The notes below the pieces were generated by a model. It was not told the origin of the DNA, did no database searches, and saw only the letters and a program-made list of their open reading frames with translations. DNA of 64,000 bases from Acidobacteriota bacterium (GTDB taxonomy: Bacteria; Acidobacteriota; UBA890; WLXD01), in NCBI GenBank assembly GCA_965205505.1, contig CBDBHB010000008.1, positions 736,001 to 800,000 on the forward strand, given 5' to 3'. The translations under genes were made by a program, and so were the position numbers. Below, piece by piece: positions 49,631-59,402 of this stretch; within the stretch, counting starts at the first letter, position 1, and each line of letters begins with the position of its first letter.

Positions 49631-50226
49631 TCAGACTCCGAACGACGGGTCGAGCTCGAGCATGCGTCGTGCGAGCTCGAACCGGGCCCGATTGGCACGC
49701 GCCTTGACGGTGCCGAGCGGAATCGATAGCAGGTCGCATATCTCGCGCTGCTTGAGTCCCTGGATCTCCTACAGCAGGATCATCTCTCGATTGATCGAGC
49801 TCATCTGGTCGATCGCTCGGTGCATCACTTCGCGCTGCTCGCCAGCGATGCTGCTGGCCTCGGGCCCCGGCGACGGATCCGGCCCGGCGAGCCGATCGTC
49901 GACCGGCGCACCCGACAGAGCTGGTCGCGCCTGCAGGTGTCGCAGCCGATCGATGCTGGCATTGCGCGCGATCCTCACCGCCCAGGCAAGGAAGCTGCCA
50001 CTGCGGTCGAAGCTCGCGAGGCCTCTGTAGATGTGCACGAAGGTCTCCTGCGCCACGTCGCGTGCCTCCTCCCGGTCGCGAGATAATGATAGGCCACCGC
50101 GAACACTCGTCCCTGGTGGCGACGCACCAGAGCCTCCCAGGCGATCTCATCGCCGTCACGACACCGCGCCAACAGAGTCTGGAGTTCCACCAAATCCCTT
50201 TTCGTCTTCGCCGGTGGCAAAGTCAC
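49631..50226 (-). pseudogene. ECF sigma factor (RpoE/SigW-like), disrupted
   Basis: GDEIAWEALV, DVAQETF, W..RIARN, LSIPLGTVKARANRAR. 1-bp loss near 50080 and in-frame TAG at 49769. Confidence 0.8.
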
Positions 50227-50272
50227 ATGGACGCTGCGGGGCACCCCCCCCCCCCGCAGTTGTCACCAGCAC

Positions 50273-50298
50273 TAACGTACCGGCAGGCAAAAGGTTCG
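50273..50298 (-). promoter_or_regulatory. Putative autoregulatory ECF promoter
   Basis: Minus strand CGAACC...CGTTA, i.e. AAC-N16-CGT, just upstream of the ECF gene. Confidence 0.55.
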
Positions 50299-50435
50299 GT
50301 CGATAACGCCGTCGCGCAGCACTGCCTTGACGGCGGAGCAAGATCCCCCGTCAATCGCCGGATGGCGATCTAATGCTATCGTTGCTCGCTGCTGTACCCT
50401 CGTGATCAGGTGAATCGACACTGCAGGAGGATTCG

Positions 50436-50930
50436 ATGTTGTCGAAGACAGACTCTTTCGTATGCGCCGGACGAATTGGTCGCATAGCGGTTTTGCCACT
50501 ACTGACTCTGGCCCTGGCCGCCTGCGGCGGCGCCGGTGACAACGCGCCGGAAGCTGACGAACCTCCGCCGATCGAAGACACCAACGCCGCACCGCGCGCA
50601 TTTTTCGCGGAACCCGCCAATGGCGCCACCGTGCAGGCACCGGTCCACCTGGTATTCGGCGCCGAGAACTTCACCATCGAGCCCGCCGGTGACGAAACCG
50701 TCCACCAGGGCGCCGGCCACATGCACATCGGCATCGACACCGTGTGCCTGCCTGCGGGTACGGTAATTCCAAAGGCCAGCCCGTGGGTCCACTTCGGCGA
50801 TGGTTCCATGGAGATCGACGTCGATCTGACCCCTGGCGAGCACACCATCGCGCTACAGATCGGCGACGGCGAGCACCGCACCCTCGACGAGCCCGGGCTC
50901 TGCAACTTGATCACATTCACCGTCGAGTAA
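50436..50930 (+). CDS. DUF4399-domain lipoprotein
   Basis: Lipobox LAAC; F.EP.NGATV..PV...FG, GHMH, HFGDG, LTPGEHT..LQ.GD..H. Confidence 0.8.
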   Translation: MLSKTDSFVCAGRIGRIAVLPLLTLALAACGGAGDNAPEADEPPPIEDTNAAPRAFFAEPANGATVQAPVHLVFGAENFTIEPAGDETVHQGAGHMHIGIDTVCLPAGTVIPKASPWVHFGDGSMEIDVDLTPGEHTIALQIGDGEHRTLDEPGLCNLITFTVE

Positions 50931-51198
50931 CGCGAAACCAGGCGACGTCCGGCCGCTTCACGACCCGACGCTGGAAGTCGCCCACGGCTTGAAACCATCA
51001 GCACCACCGCGGAAAACCGACGCCCGCCGGAACAAACCTGTGGCATTGGCCTGGTGTTTCGGTCGTGATCCTGTTACTTGATACAGGCTGAAGGTACTAG
51101 GAGACGGCTGCGAACGAACCACATACGGATGCGCCGTTGCGCGAGGTCTCGTCGCAACGGAGATGCGGACGTGTTTGGCTGCAACGAGGTGACTTTCT

Positions 51199-51846
51199 AT
51201 GTCTGAGGTGGAGATCATCACCGACGCTGATCCGGCCGTTTCGCGGCGGAACTTCATCAAGGGGGTAATCGCCAGCGGCGCTGCCGTGTCCTCTGCGGCG
51301 TATCTGTTTCGCGGCGCCGGGACCGCCACGGCCCAGGGGACCGCGGGCGCCGTGGAGCGCCTCATCACGCTGACCGTCAACGGCCAGCAGCGCAGGGTCG
51401 ACATCCTGCCGCAGGAAACCCTCGCCATGACCCTACGCTACAAGCTCGGGCTTACGGGCACCAAGCTGGGCTGCGACCGGGCGGAGTGCGGCGCCTGCAC
51501 ACTGCTGATCGACGGTGTGCCCCACTACTCGTGTTCGGTGCTCACCCACAGCGTGCGCGGGCGCGAGGTGGTTTCGATCGAGGGTCTTGCGAGCGCCACG
51601 GGTGAGCTTCACCCGGTACAGCAGGCGGTCGTCGATGGCGGCGGCTTCCAGTGCGCGTTCTGCGCCCCCGGGTTCATCATGAGCATGGTGGCGCTGGTCG
51701 ACCAGAATCCCGATCCCACCCGCGAGGAGGCCGCTCACGCGCTGTCTGGCAACCTCTGTCGGTGCTGCGACTACCACAAGATTCTCGACTGCACCATGGA
51801 GGCCGCGCGATACACGCGTGAAGGCGTGCCAGCGGAGGCGAACTGA
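51199..51846 (+). CDS. Mo-hydroxylase 2x[2Fe-2S] subunit with Tat signal (PaoA/YagT-like)
   Basis: SRRNFIK; GCDRAECGACT, QCAFC, GNLCRC. Confidence 0.9.
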   Translation: MSEVEIITDADPAVSRRNFIKGVIASGAAVSSAAYLFRGAGTATAQGTAGAVERLITLTVNGQQRRVDILPQETLAMTLRYKLGLTGTKLGCDRAECGACTLLIDGVPHYSCSVLTHSVRGREVVSIEGLASATGELHPVQQAVVDGGGFQCAFCAPGFIMSMVALVDQNPDPTREEAAHALSGNLCRCCDYHKILDCTMEAARYTREGVPAEAN

Positions 51847-54260
51847 TGGCCGGTAAGTGGAAGCTCATCGGCGAAGACATCGCACCGCCCGACCTGGTGG
51901 CGAAGATCACTGGCAAGGCGAAGTACGCGGAAGACTTCCGCGCCGAAGGCATGCTGTTCGCGAAGGTCTTGGCGAGCCCGATGCCGCACGCTCGTGTGAC
52001 ACGTATCGACGTCGCCGCCGCGCTGCGGATGCCCGGTGTGGAAGGCGTGATCACCACCGAGGATCTGCCGCCCAACGACAATCCCTACGCTGAGCGCGCG
52101 CTCACCATGGAGCCGCTCTACGAGGGCGAGGCGATCCTGGCCGTCGCAGCTGTCGATGAGACCACCGCCGCCGAGGCCATCGAACGCATCGAGGTCGATT
52201 TGGAGCCGCTGCCGTTCGTCGTCGATCCGCTCGACAGCCTTCGTCCGGACGGCCCCGACGCCCGGGTCGGCGGCAACAGCTTTGTGCGCGAGGAAGGTGA
52301 GACCCACCTGCGCTCGGTCAAGTGGAGCGCCGAGACGTTCGACAACAACGGCGACGGCCTGGCGATGGGTGAGGTCAACGCCGAGTGGGAGGTAGGTGAT
52401 ATCGAGGAGGGCTTCGCGGAAGCCGACTTCGTGATCGACGAGACCATCGTCCACCAGTCGTTGACGCACCATCCGCTAGAGCCGCGCAGCTGCATGGCCT
52501 ACTGGCAGAACGGCAAGCTCTACTTGCACGCATCGACTCAGAGCGCCATGCGCACCGTCGGTGCGGTGGCGCGTGGCGTCGGTATCGATGCCGACGACCT
52601 GGTATTCGTGGCCGAGTACTGTGGCGGGGGCTTCGGCAGCAAGATCGCCGGCACCGTCAACATGCCGATCCCGGCGCTGCTCGCGCGCAAGACCGGCAAG
52701 CCCGTCATGTATCGGGTGACCCGCGCCGAAGAAAACTACTTCGGCCGCGCCCGGCCCGGTTTCCAGGCACGCGTGAAGATGGGTTGGCGGGCCGATGGTC
52801 GACTGACCGCCCTCGACCTGTTCATCGTCCAGGACAACGGACCGTACGGCCGTCAGGGCGACATGTTTACCGCCGGCACGATCGGCTCGCTCGCCTACAC
52901 GCCTCTGACCATGCGCTTTCGCGGCGTCACGGTGCTCACCAACACCCCGCCTCGCTCGGCCCAGCGCGGGCCAGGTGGTGTGCAGGTGGTAACGATGCTC
53001 GAGCCGCTGATGGATCGCGCCGCCCGCCAGCTCGGCGTCGACCGGGTGGCGATGCGCCGCATCAACGCTGCCGACCACAACACCAAGTTCGGGTCCGGCC
53101 AGGCGGCGCTGACCAGCGCCTTCGTTCGTGAGGCGATCGATCTGGGCGCCGAGCTCTTCGACTGGGAAGCAAAGAGCCAGATGAGCGGTCAGCGCAATGG
53201 CACCAAGGTGACCGGGGTCGGGGTGGCGGTAAGCCCGTTCGTCGGAGGCAGCATCGGCTTCGACGGCCTCGCGATCCTCAAGGAGGACGGCAAGCTCTAC
53301 GTGCACCAGGGTATCGGTAACCTCGGCACCCACTCGGTCGCGGATACCGCTCGCGCGGCTGCTGAAGTGCTGGATCTGCCGTGGGAGCAGGTGGAGATCG
53401 TCTGGGGGAGCACCGCTCGCCATCTCCCATACAGCAGTATTCAGGCCGGGAGCCAGACCACGTACGCCCACACCCGGGCCAACTACGCGGCGGGTCTGGA
53501 CGCCAAACGCAAGCTGCAGGAGATCGCTTCCGGCGATCTCGGAGGCTTACCGGACGACTATGAGGTCGGCGGCGGTAGAGTGTACAATCGCCGAGCCAAT
53601 TCCCGGGCGATGACCTTCGCCGCCGCGGCACGCCGGGCGGTGGTCCTGGGAGGCAAGTACGACGGCCACGAGCTGCCGGAAGATATCAACGATGCGACCG
53701 TCCAATCGGCCACCGCGCTGGCCGGGCAGGGCTTGATGGGTGTGGCCACGGATGCCTTCCCGCGCGAGGGCTCGACGTTCACCTGGGTGATCGGCTTTGC
53801 CCGCGTCGAGATCGACGTCGAGACCGGTCACGCGGCGATCGTCGAGTACGTCGCGACTACCGACTGTGGAACCATGCTCCATCCACGTAGCCTGGGGGCA
53901 CAGATCTACGGCGGCAGCATTCAGGGATTCGGCGTCGCCATGAGCCAGAAGTGGGTCTACGACCCGCAGTGGGGCGTGCCGTTCACCAAAGGCTTCCATA
54001 TGGCGAAGCCACCGACAATGTTGGATGTGCCGCTCGATGTGCGATGGGCGGCGGTCAACGAACCCGATCCCTACAACCCTGTCGGGTGCAAGGGCATCGG
54101 TGAACCGCCGGTCGGAGCTGGCGCGGGCGCGGTCGCCTGCGCTATCCAAGATGCGCTCGGGGCGGCCGCGTTCAACCGAACGCCGATTACTACCGAGATG
54201 ATCATGGCTGAGCTCGAAGACATTCCGGCACCATTCCGCCAACCCACCGCTCACCTGTAG
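51846..54260 (+). CDS. Xanthine dehydrogenase-family molybdopterin-binding subunit
   Basis: KITGKAKY, SPMPHA, LEPR, GGGFGSK, QRGPG, KGIGEP. Confidence 0.9.
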   Translation: MAGKWKLIGEDIAPPDLVAKITGKAKYAEDFRAEGMLFAKVLASPMPHARVTRIDVAAALRMPGVEGVITTEDLPPNDNPYAERALTMEPLYEGEAILAVAAVDETTAAEAIERIEVDLEPLPFVVDPLDSLRPDGPDARVGGNSFVREEGETHLRSVKWSAETFDNNGDGLAMGEVNAEWEVGDIEEGFAEADFVIDETIVHQSLTHHPLEPRSCMAYWQNGKLYLHASTQSAMRTVGAVARGVGIDADDLVFVAEYCGGGFGSKIAGTVNMPIPALLARKTGKPVMYRVTRAEENYFGRARPGFQARVKMGWRADGRLTALDLFIVQDNGPYGRQGDMFTAGTIGSLAYTPLTMRFRGVTVLTNTPPRSAQRGPGGVQVVTMLEPLMDRAARQLGVDRVAMRRINAADHNTKFGSGQAALTSAFVREAIDLGAELFDWEAKSQMSGQRNGTKVTGVGVAVSPFVGGSIGFDGLAILKEDGKLYVHQGIGNLGTHSVADTARAAAEVLDLPWEQVEIVWGSTARHLPYSSIQAGSQTTYAHTRANYAAGLDAKRKLQEIASGDLGGLPDDYEVGGGRVYNRRANSRAMTFAAAARRAVVLGGKYDGHELPEDINDATVQSATALAGQGLMGVATDAFPREGSTFTWVIGFARVEIDVETGHAAIVEYVATTDCGTMLHPRSLGAQIYGGSIQGFGVAMSQKWVYDPQWGVPFTKGFHMAKPPTMLDVPLDVRWAAVNEPDPYNPVGCKGIGEPPVGAGAGAVACAIQDALGAAAFNRTPITTEMIMAELEDIPAPFRQPTAHL

Positions 54261-54276
54261 GACGGAGGAAGAGACG

Positions 54277-55278
54277 ATGGCGATAATTCGCGACATGATG
54301 CCGACTTTCGACCTCTTTCAGCCAGGCTCTGTCGGCGACGCAGTCGCCTTGCTGGACCGATACGGTTCCGATGCCTGGACCCTGGGCGGCGGCCTCGACA
54401 GCTTCGAGTGGCTCAAGGAGCGCATTCTACGCCCGGCGGTCGTAGTCGACCTCGGATCGATCTCGGAGCTTCGCGGCGTTCGCACCACCGACGACGGCAT
54501 CGAGATCGGCGCGATGACGACGCTCACCGAGCTTATCGGCGACGACGCCGTCAACGCCGGGTTCGACCTGCTGTCCACCGCGGCAGTCGCGGTGGCGACG
54601 CCGCAAATTCGCAATCAGGGAACGCTGGGCGGCAACGTGGCGCAAGATGCGCGGTGCTGGTACTACCGCGGCGGCTGGCCGTGCTACCGGGCCGGCGGCA
54701 ACATCTGTTACGCCGACACACCGACATCGATCAACCGCGAGCACGCGCTGTTCGGAGCTGACCGTTGCGTGGCGGTGAACCCATCCGATACCGCCCCGGC
54801 GCTGGTCGCCCTCGACGCCAAGATGGTGATTAACAACGCGTCGGGCGAGCGCGTCGTCGATGCCGAGGACTTCTTCATGGGCCCGGGCGCCGACATCACT
54901 CGGATGACCGTGTTGGAGCCGAACGATCTGTTGACCAGTATCCGTATCCCGGCTACCTGGGCCGGTACACGGTTCTACTTCGAGAAGGCCCGCGACCGGC
55001 AGGCGTGGGATTTTCCGCTGGTCAACATCGCCTCGGCGATGGAGGTCAGCGACGGGGTCATCCAGCGCGCTCGCATCGTAGTGAACGCGGTGTCGTGTGT
55101 GCCCATGAGGCTCGCTAGCGTCGAGCAGCAGATCCGCGGCGAGCGGGTTAGCGAGGAGCTCGCCGAGGCGGCAGGTGAGGTCGCCGTCCAAGGCGCGCGT
55201 CCGCTGACGCACAATCGCTACAAGATCCCGCTGATGAGGAACCTCGTGAAGCGCGCTATTCGCGACGCGCAGGCCTGA
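54277..55278 (+). CDS. Mo-hydroxylase FAD subunit with [4Fe-4S] insert (PaoB/YagS-like)
   Basis: PQIRNQGTLGGN, RCWYYR...C...GG..C...C...PSD four-Cys insert. Confidence 0.9.
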   Translation: MAIIRDMMPTFDLFQPGSVGDAVALLDRYGSDAWTLGGGLDSFEWLKERILRPAVVVDLGSISELRGVRTTDDGIEIGAMTTLTELIGDDAVNAGFDLLSTAAVAVATPQIRNQGTLGGNVAQDARCWYYRGGWPCYRAGGNICYADTPTSINREHALFGADRCVAVNPSDTAPALVALDAKMVINNASGERVVDAEDFFMGPGADITRMTVLEPNDLLTSIRIPATWAGTRFYFEKARDRQAWDFPLVNIASAMEVSDGVIQRARIVVNAVSCVPMRLASVEQQIRGERVSEELAEAAGEVAVQGARPLTHNRYKIPLMRNLVKRAIRDAQA

Positions 55279-55289
55279 GGGCGGCGCCG

Positions 55290-56147
55290 ATGGATTTCCT
55301 GCAGTGGGAGCAGAGCCCGTGGGGCCAGGAGATTCTCGTTCGTATCTCCTGGAGCTTATTCTGGATCGCCCTGGTCGCCGGTGTGCTGTTCGTGGTCGCA
55401 CACTTGATCTTCCGCTGGACCCTCGTACCGAAGATCAAGGCCTCGGCCGCCGCGGCGGAAGGCGCGGCCACGAGCGCCACGGCCGACATACCGGAGCAGG
55501 TGGCACGCCACTCGTCGGCGTCGCGGGGCTTCCACTGGCTGATGGCAGTGGCGATGTTCGTGCTGCTCATCACCGGGTTTGCGCCCGTTGTCGGCATTCA
55601 GTTCGCTTGGGTGACGATCCACTGGATCGCCGGCTTGGCGCTCATCGGCTGCGTGCTGTTTCACGTCGTGCACGCCACTGCACGCGGCAACTGGCGAGCG
55701 GTGTGGTTCGAGAGCACCGACATCCAGGACGTGCGGCGTAGAATCCGCCGCGCCATGGGGCGCCCGACGGAACAACCTGCCAAGGATCCGAAGTACGCAC
55801 TTCCCAACCGGCTCTACCACCACGCCGTGGTGGTCACTTCGGTCATGGCGATCGGAACAGGCCTGCTGATGATGGTGCGGGTCGAAACGCCTTTCTTGGC
55901 ACGTAACCCGTACATGTTCGCCGAACAGACCTGGGGCTGGGTGTACGTCCTTCATGGTCTTGGCGCGGTCGGCCTGGTGACCCTGGTTATCACGCACGTA
56001 TACTTCGCCGTGCTGCCCGAGAAGCGCTGGATCACGAGGGCGATGGTGCGCGGCTGGATCCACCGCGATGAGTATCTCGAGCACCACGATCCGGCGCGCT
56101 GGAGCATCGCGGGATCGAAACCCGGTGGCGATATCGACGCTGCGTAA
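55290..56147 (+). CDS. Cytochrome b membrane subunit (FdnI/formate dehydrogenase gamma-like)
   Basis: TM histidines RGFHW, IHWIAG, VLHGLG, ITHVY; tail M.RGW...Y.EHH. Confidence 0.8.
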   Translation: MDFLQWEQSPWGQEILVRISWSLFWIALVAGVLFVVAHLIFRWTLVPKIKASAAAAEGAATSATADIPEQVARHSSASRGFHWLMAVAMFVLLITGFAPVVGIQFAWVTIHWIAGLALIGCVLFHVVHATARGNWRAVWFESTDIQDVRRRIRRAMGRPTEQPAKDPKYALPNRLYHHAVVVTSVMAIGTGLLMMVRVETPFLARNPYMFAEQTWGWVYVLHGLGAVGLVTLVITHVYFAVLPEKRWITRAMVRGWIHRDEYLEHHDPARWSIAGSKPGGDIDAA

Positions 56148-56253
56148 GCTCGTCGGGTAGCCGGGTACGCATGCGACGTTTCGGTTGTATCGTTCTGCTT
56201 GCCGATACTCCATTGCTTCACCAATCTGAACCGCCAGCCTCCGACCTCGGCCG

Positions 56254-56652
56254 ATGAACGAGCTTCAGCAACACATCGATACGCTCGAAGAAAGCTACGA
56301 GTTCATGCTCGCCTACGCGGCGCAGGGACTCGAGGGCGATAGCGGAAGCAAGTCCGGAGGCCAGCTGCGTGAGTTCCTGCAGCGCTCGGTGACCGCCCTC
56401 ACCGAGCTACCTGGGGTCGCGGCCGCATACGCACCAAACGGGGACGACGCGGCAACAGCAGCCTACGCCGACTTCATGACTGTGCTCGAGGGCGATACAC
56501 GCAGTAGCCGCGCCGCCATTCAACTGGTGCTGTCGCAGCGTTCCATCAGCTCGCAACTGGTCGACAACCTCAACGCGTCGATCCATCTACGCGCTCTGCT
56601 CACCGATCTGTTTCTCCTCGACGAGCTACTGAAGCTGAGCGCGGGATACTAG
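56254..56652 (+). CDS. Hypothetical helical protein
   Basis: 132-aa ORF with normal composition (LEESYEFMLAYAAQG; ISSQLVDNLNASIHLRALLTDLFLLDE). Confidence 0.7.
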   Translation: MNELQQHIDTLEESYEFMLAYAAQGLEGDSGSKSGGQLREFLQRSVTALTELPGVAAAYAPNGDDAATAAYADFMTVLEGDTRSSRAAIQLVLSQRSISSQLVDNLNASIHLRALLTDLFLLDELLKLSAGY

Positions 56653-56810
56653 TGCTCCTGATCATAAGTACGGTGACGTTTGTGGCGCGCGCGACCGGGG
56701 CAAATTGTAGGAGCCGCGACGAGGGCGATGCTGGGAGTATCGTCGAGGCGTCGCGACGCCCAAGGTGGCCGGTCCCGCGGCCACCCGGAGGGCAGGAGCA
56801 CTAGTGGCCG

Positions 56811-58381
56811 ATGGCTCGCCGGGAGCTGCCCGTACCGCGGTTGGACCTGCCTGAGGAGGAGCTCCAGAAGCGCTTCGACACCCTTCAAGAAGCGCTCATT
56901 CCGCTCTGGAAGTCGATCTCACAGCTGAATCAGGACGAGCAGACGATTGTCGTCGTGCCGTCTGTGTCACTCGACTTCGCGCTGCGTCCCTCCGAGATGC
57001 AGGCGTACGAAGAGCGGCTGCTCTTTCTGCTGTTGCTGTTGCGACAGCCGCGGGCGCGCATGGTTTATGTCACCGGCCAACCGGTCTCTGAGACGGTGAT
57101 CGACTACTATCTTGCCTTGCTACCGGGATTGATACCTAGCCATGCGCGCGCTCGTCTGTTCATGCTGTCGGTAGGCGACGCTGATCCGATCCCGCTCACC
57201 CACAAGATGCTACAGCGTCCACGGTTGATCGAGCGCATCAAGCATCTCGTGATCGATCCCGGTCGCGCTCACTTGGTGCCGTTCAACACCACTTGGGCCG
57301 AGCGCGACTTGGCGTTGCGACTCGGCATTCCGATGTACGGCAACGACCCTCGCCACGAGCACCTTGGATCCAAGAGCGGTAGCCGGCAGCTGTTCAAGCA
57401 GGCCGGGTCCCCTGCCCCACCGGGTTCGAGAACCTTCGATCGCTCGACGACATCGTCGGAGCGATCGTCGAGCTCAAGAAGACCCGGCCCGAGTGTTCGG
57501 CGGCCATCGTCAAGCTCGAGGCGTCGGTATCCGGCGAGGGCAATGCCCAGGTCGACCTTTCAGGCCTCGATGCCGACCCGGTGGCCATCGAGCAACGGGT
57601 CCTGGAGATGACCACCGAGGCGGTGGGGCTGTCGGCAGATGACTACCTTGCCAAGTTCGCTCGAATAGGCGGGATCGTCGAAGAGCGCATCGTGGCAGAT
57701 GGCGTGCGGAGCCCTAGCGTGCAGCTGCGCATCACCCCACTCCGCGACGTGCAGCTGCTCTCGACGCACGATCAGCTGCTCGGGGGTCCCACCGGGCTGA
57801 GCTTCCTCGGTGCGCGGTTCCCGGCCGATGGCGCCTATGCGTCGATGATCGCTCAGGAGGCGCTGAAGATCGGCCAGCTGGTTGCTAATGAGGGTGTCAT
57901 CGGACGCTTCGCGGTGGATTTCCTCACCGCCAAACAGGACGGCACCTGGAAAGCATGGGCCATCGAGGTAAACCTGCATAAGGGCGGCACAACCCATCCA
58001 TTCCTGACGCTGCAGTTCCTCACGGACGGCGACTACGACTGGGAGTCCAACGCGTTCCGTACTCTCAGCGGCCAACCCAAGTTCCTCGTTGCTAGCGACC
58101 ACATCGAGTCGGACGACTACAGGGTGCTCGAGATTGACAACCTCTTCGACGCCATGGTGGCGCACCGCATCCACTTCGATCACACGCGGCAACGCGGCAT
58201 TGTGCTGCACATGATGGCCTGCCTGGGTGACTGTGGACGCTTCGGCCTGACGGCGGTCGGCGACTCGGCGGACGACGCCGAGGCACTGTACAACCAGGCG
58301 GAAGAGGTGCTACTCGAGACAGCGCGAAAGGCGCGTGTCGATCAAGGGCTTCCCTGCCGTACCGAAGAGACTTTTGACTAG
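56811..58381 (+). CDS. Peptide ligase PGM1-related ATP-grasp protein with apparent frameshift
   Basis: YEERLL, GSKSGSR, SGEGNA, SPSVQ, STHDQ, EVNLHKGGTTHP. Frames join if GGG at 57405-57407 is GGGG. Confidence 0.75.
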
Positions 58382-58524
58382 TGTCCTGAGTCAGGGCACC
58401 AACACGCCGCGGTGGAAGTGTGGCGGATCAGGGCAGCCGTTTGCGACCGCTCAGTCGAGCCGCTCGCCCAACGCTGCGGTGCTAGAATTTGCCGCGAAAG
58501 TGTCCCGACCTCGTGGAGCCCGAG

Positions 58525-59223
58525 ATGTCCCCCGAACAAGAAAACGACGACCTGGTTCTGAGCGAGCTCGACACCGGCGAGCTCGTCGACCAGATGCACG
58601 ACGATCTCTACGATGGACTGGCCGAGGAGATCGGCGAGGGTACTACCATCCTGCTCGATCGCGGCTGGGAAGCGAAGAAGGTGCTCGACGATGCGCTGGT
58701 CAGCGCCATGAACGTCGTCGGCGAGGACTTCCGCGACGGAATTCTCTTCGTTCCCGAGGTGTTGATGTCCGCCAATGCCATGAAGGCTGGCATGGCCATT
58801 CTGCAGCCGATTCTTACCGAAACCGGCGCGGAACCGGTCGGCAAGATGGTCATCGGCACCGTCAAGGGTGACATCCACGACATCGGCAAGAATCTCGTCG
58901 GCATGATGCTGGAGGGTGCGGGGTTCGAGGTCATCGATCTGGGCATCAACACCGACGCCGACTCATACATCGGGGCGTTGAAGGAACACCGTCCGGACAT
59001 CCTCGGCATGTCCGCATTGCTCACCACGACGATGCCGTACATGAAGGTCGTCATCGACACGCTCAAGGAGCAAGGCATGCGCGACCAGTTCATAGTCATG
59101 GTGGGCGGCGCACCGCTCAACGAGGAGTTCGGGCGAGCCATCGGTGCCGACGCGTACTGCCGTGACGCCGCCACCGCGGTCGAAGTTGCCAAGCGTCTCG
59201 TAGCTGAGCGACGCGCCTCCTAA
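58525..59223 (+). CDS. Corrinoid (B12-binding) methyltransferase protein (MtbC/MttC-like)
   Basis: FVPEVL, GTVKGDIHDIGKNLV (DxHxxG), SALLTTT, VGGAP. Confidence 0.92.
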   Translation: MSPEQENDDLVLSELDTGELVDQMHDDLYDGLAEEIGEGTTILLDRGWEAKKVLDDALVSAMNVVGEDFRDGILFVPEVLMSANAMKAGMAILQPILTETGAEPVGKMVIGTVKGDIHDIGKNLVGMMLEGAGFEVIDLGINTDADSYIGALKEHRPDILGMSALLTTTMPYMKVVIDTLKEQGMRDQFIVMVGGAPLNEEFGRAIGADAYCRDAATAVEVAKRLVAERRAS

Positions 59224-59240
59224 CCGGGGCAACGACAGCC

Positions 59241-59402
59241 GTGCCAGCACTCGTACTCATACTCGCCTGCGGAGCTCTCGCCGACGCCAAGGGATACGCG
59301 GCACGCCTCGACCTGGAGTTCCACCACCGATACGGCGGCCTCGACGGGTTGGCTGCTCCACTCAGCCTGGCAGCCGAAGGAGAGGTCGCGTGGCGCAGTT
59401 GA
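59241..59402 (+). pseudogene. Probable DUF1638 remnant with large in-frame deletion
   Basis: 53-aa ORF missing from the track: LILACGALA joined directly to DAKGYAARLDLEFHHRYGGLDGL. Sits in the usual DUF1638 position after the corrinoid gene. Confidence 0.6.

Noticed and set aside
49769-49771. In-frame TAG in the ECF sigma gene as pyrrolysine or stop-codon readthrough, given the nearby MttB
   Set aside because: The same gene also has a frameshift, the other nonsense codon is TAA, many intact genes end in TAG, the visible MttB has no TAG, and no pyl genes or tRNA are seen.
51134-51160. Hairpin CCGTTGCG...CGCAACGG before the Mo-enzyme operon as a Moco riboswitch
   Set aside because: A single GC-rich stem without the multi-stem consensus; needs an Rfam search to say more.
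58382-58524. Cobalamin or SAM riboswitch upstream of the corrinoid gene
   Set aside because: No recognisable B12-box or SAM core motifs; only a possible extended -10 (TGCTAGAAT).
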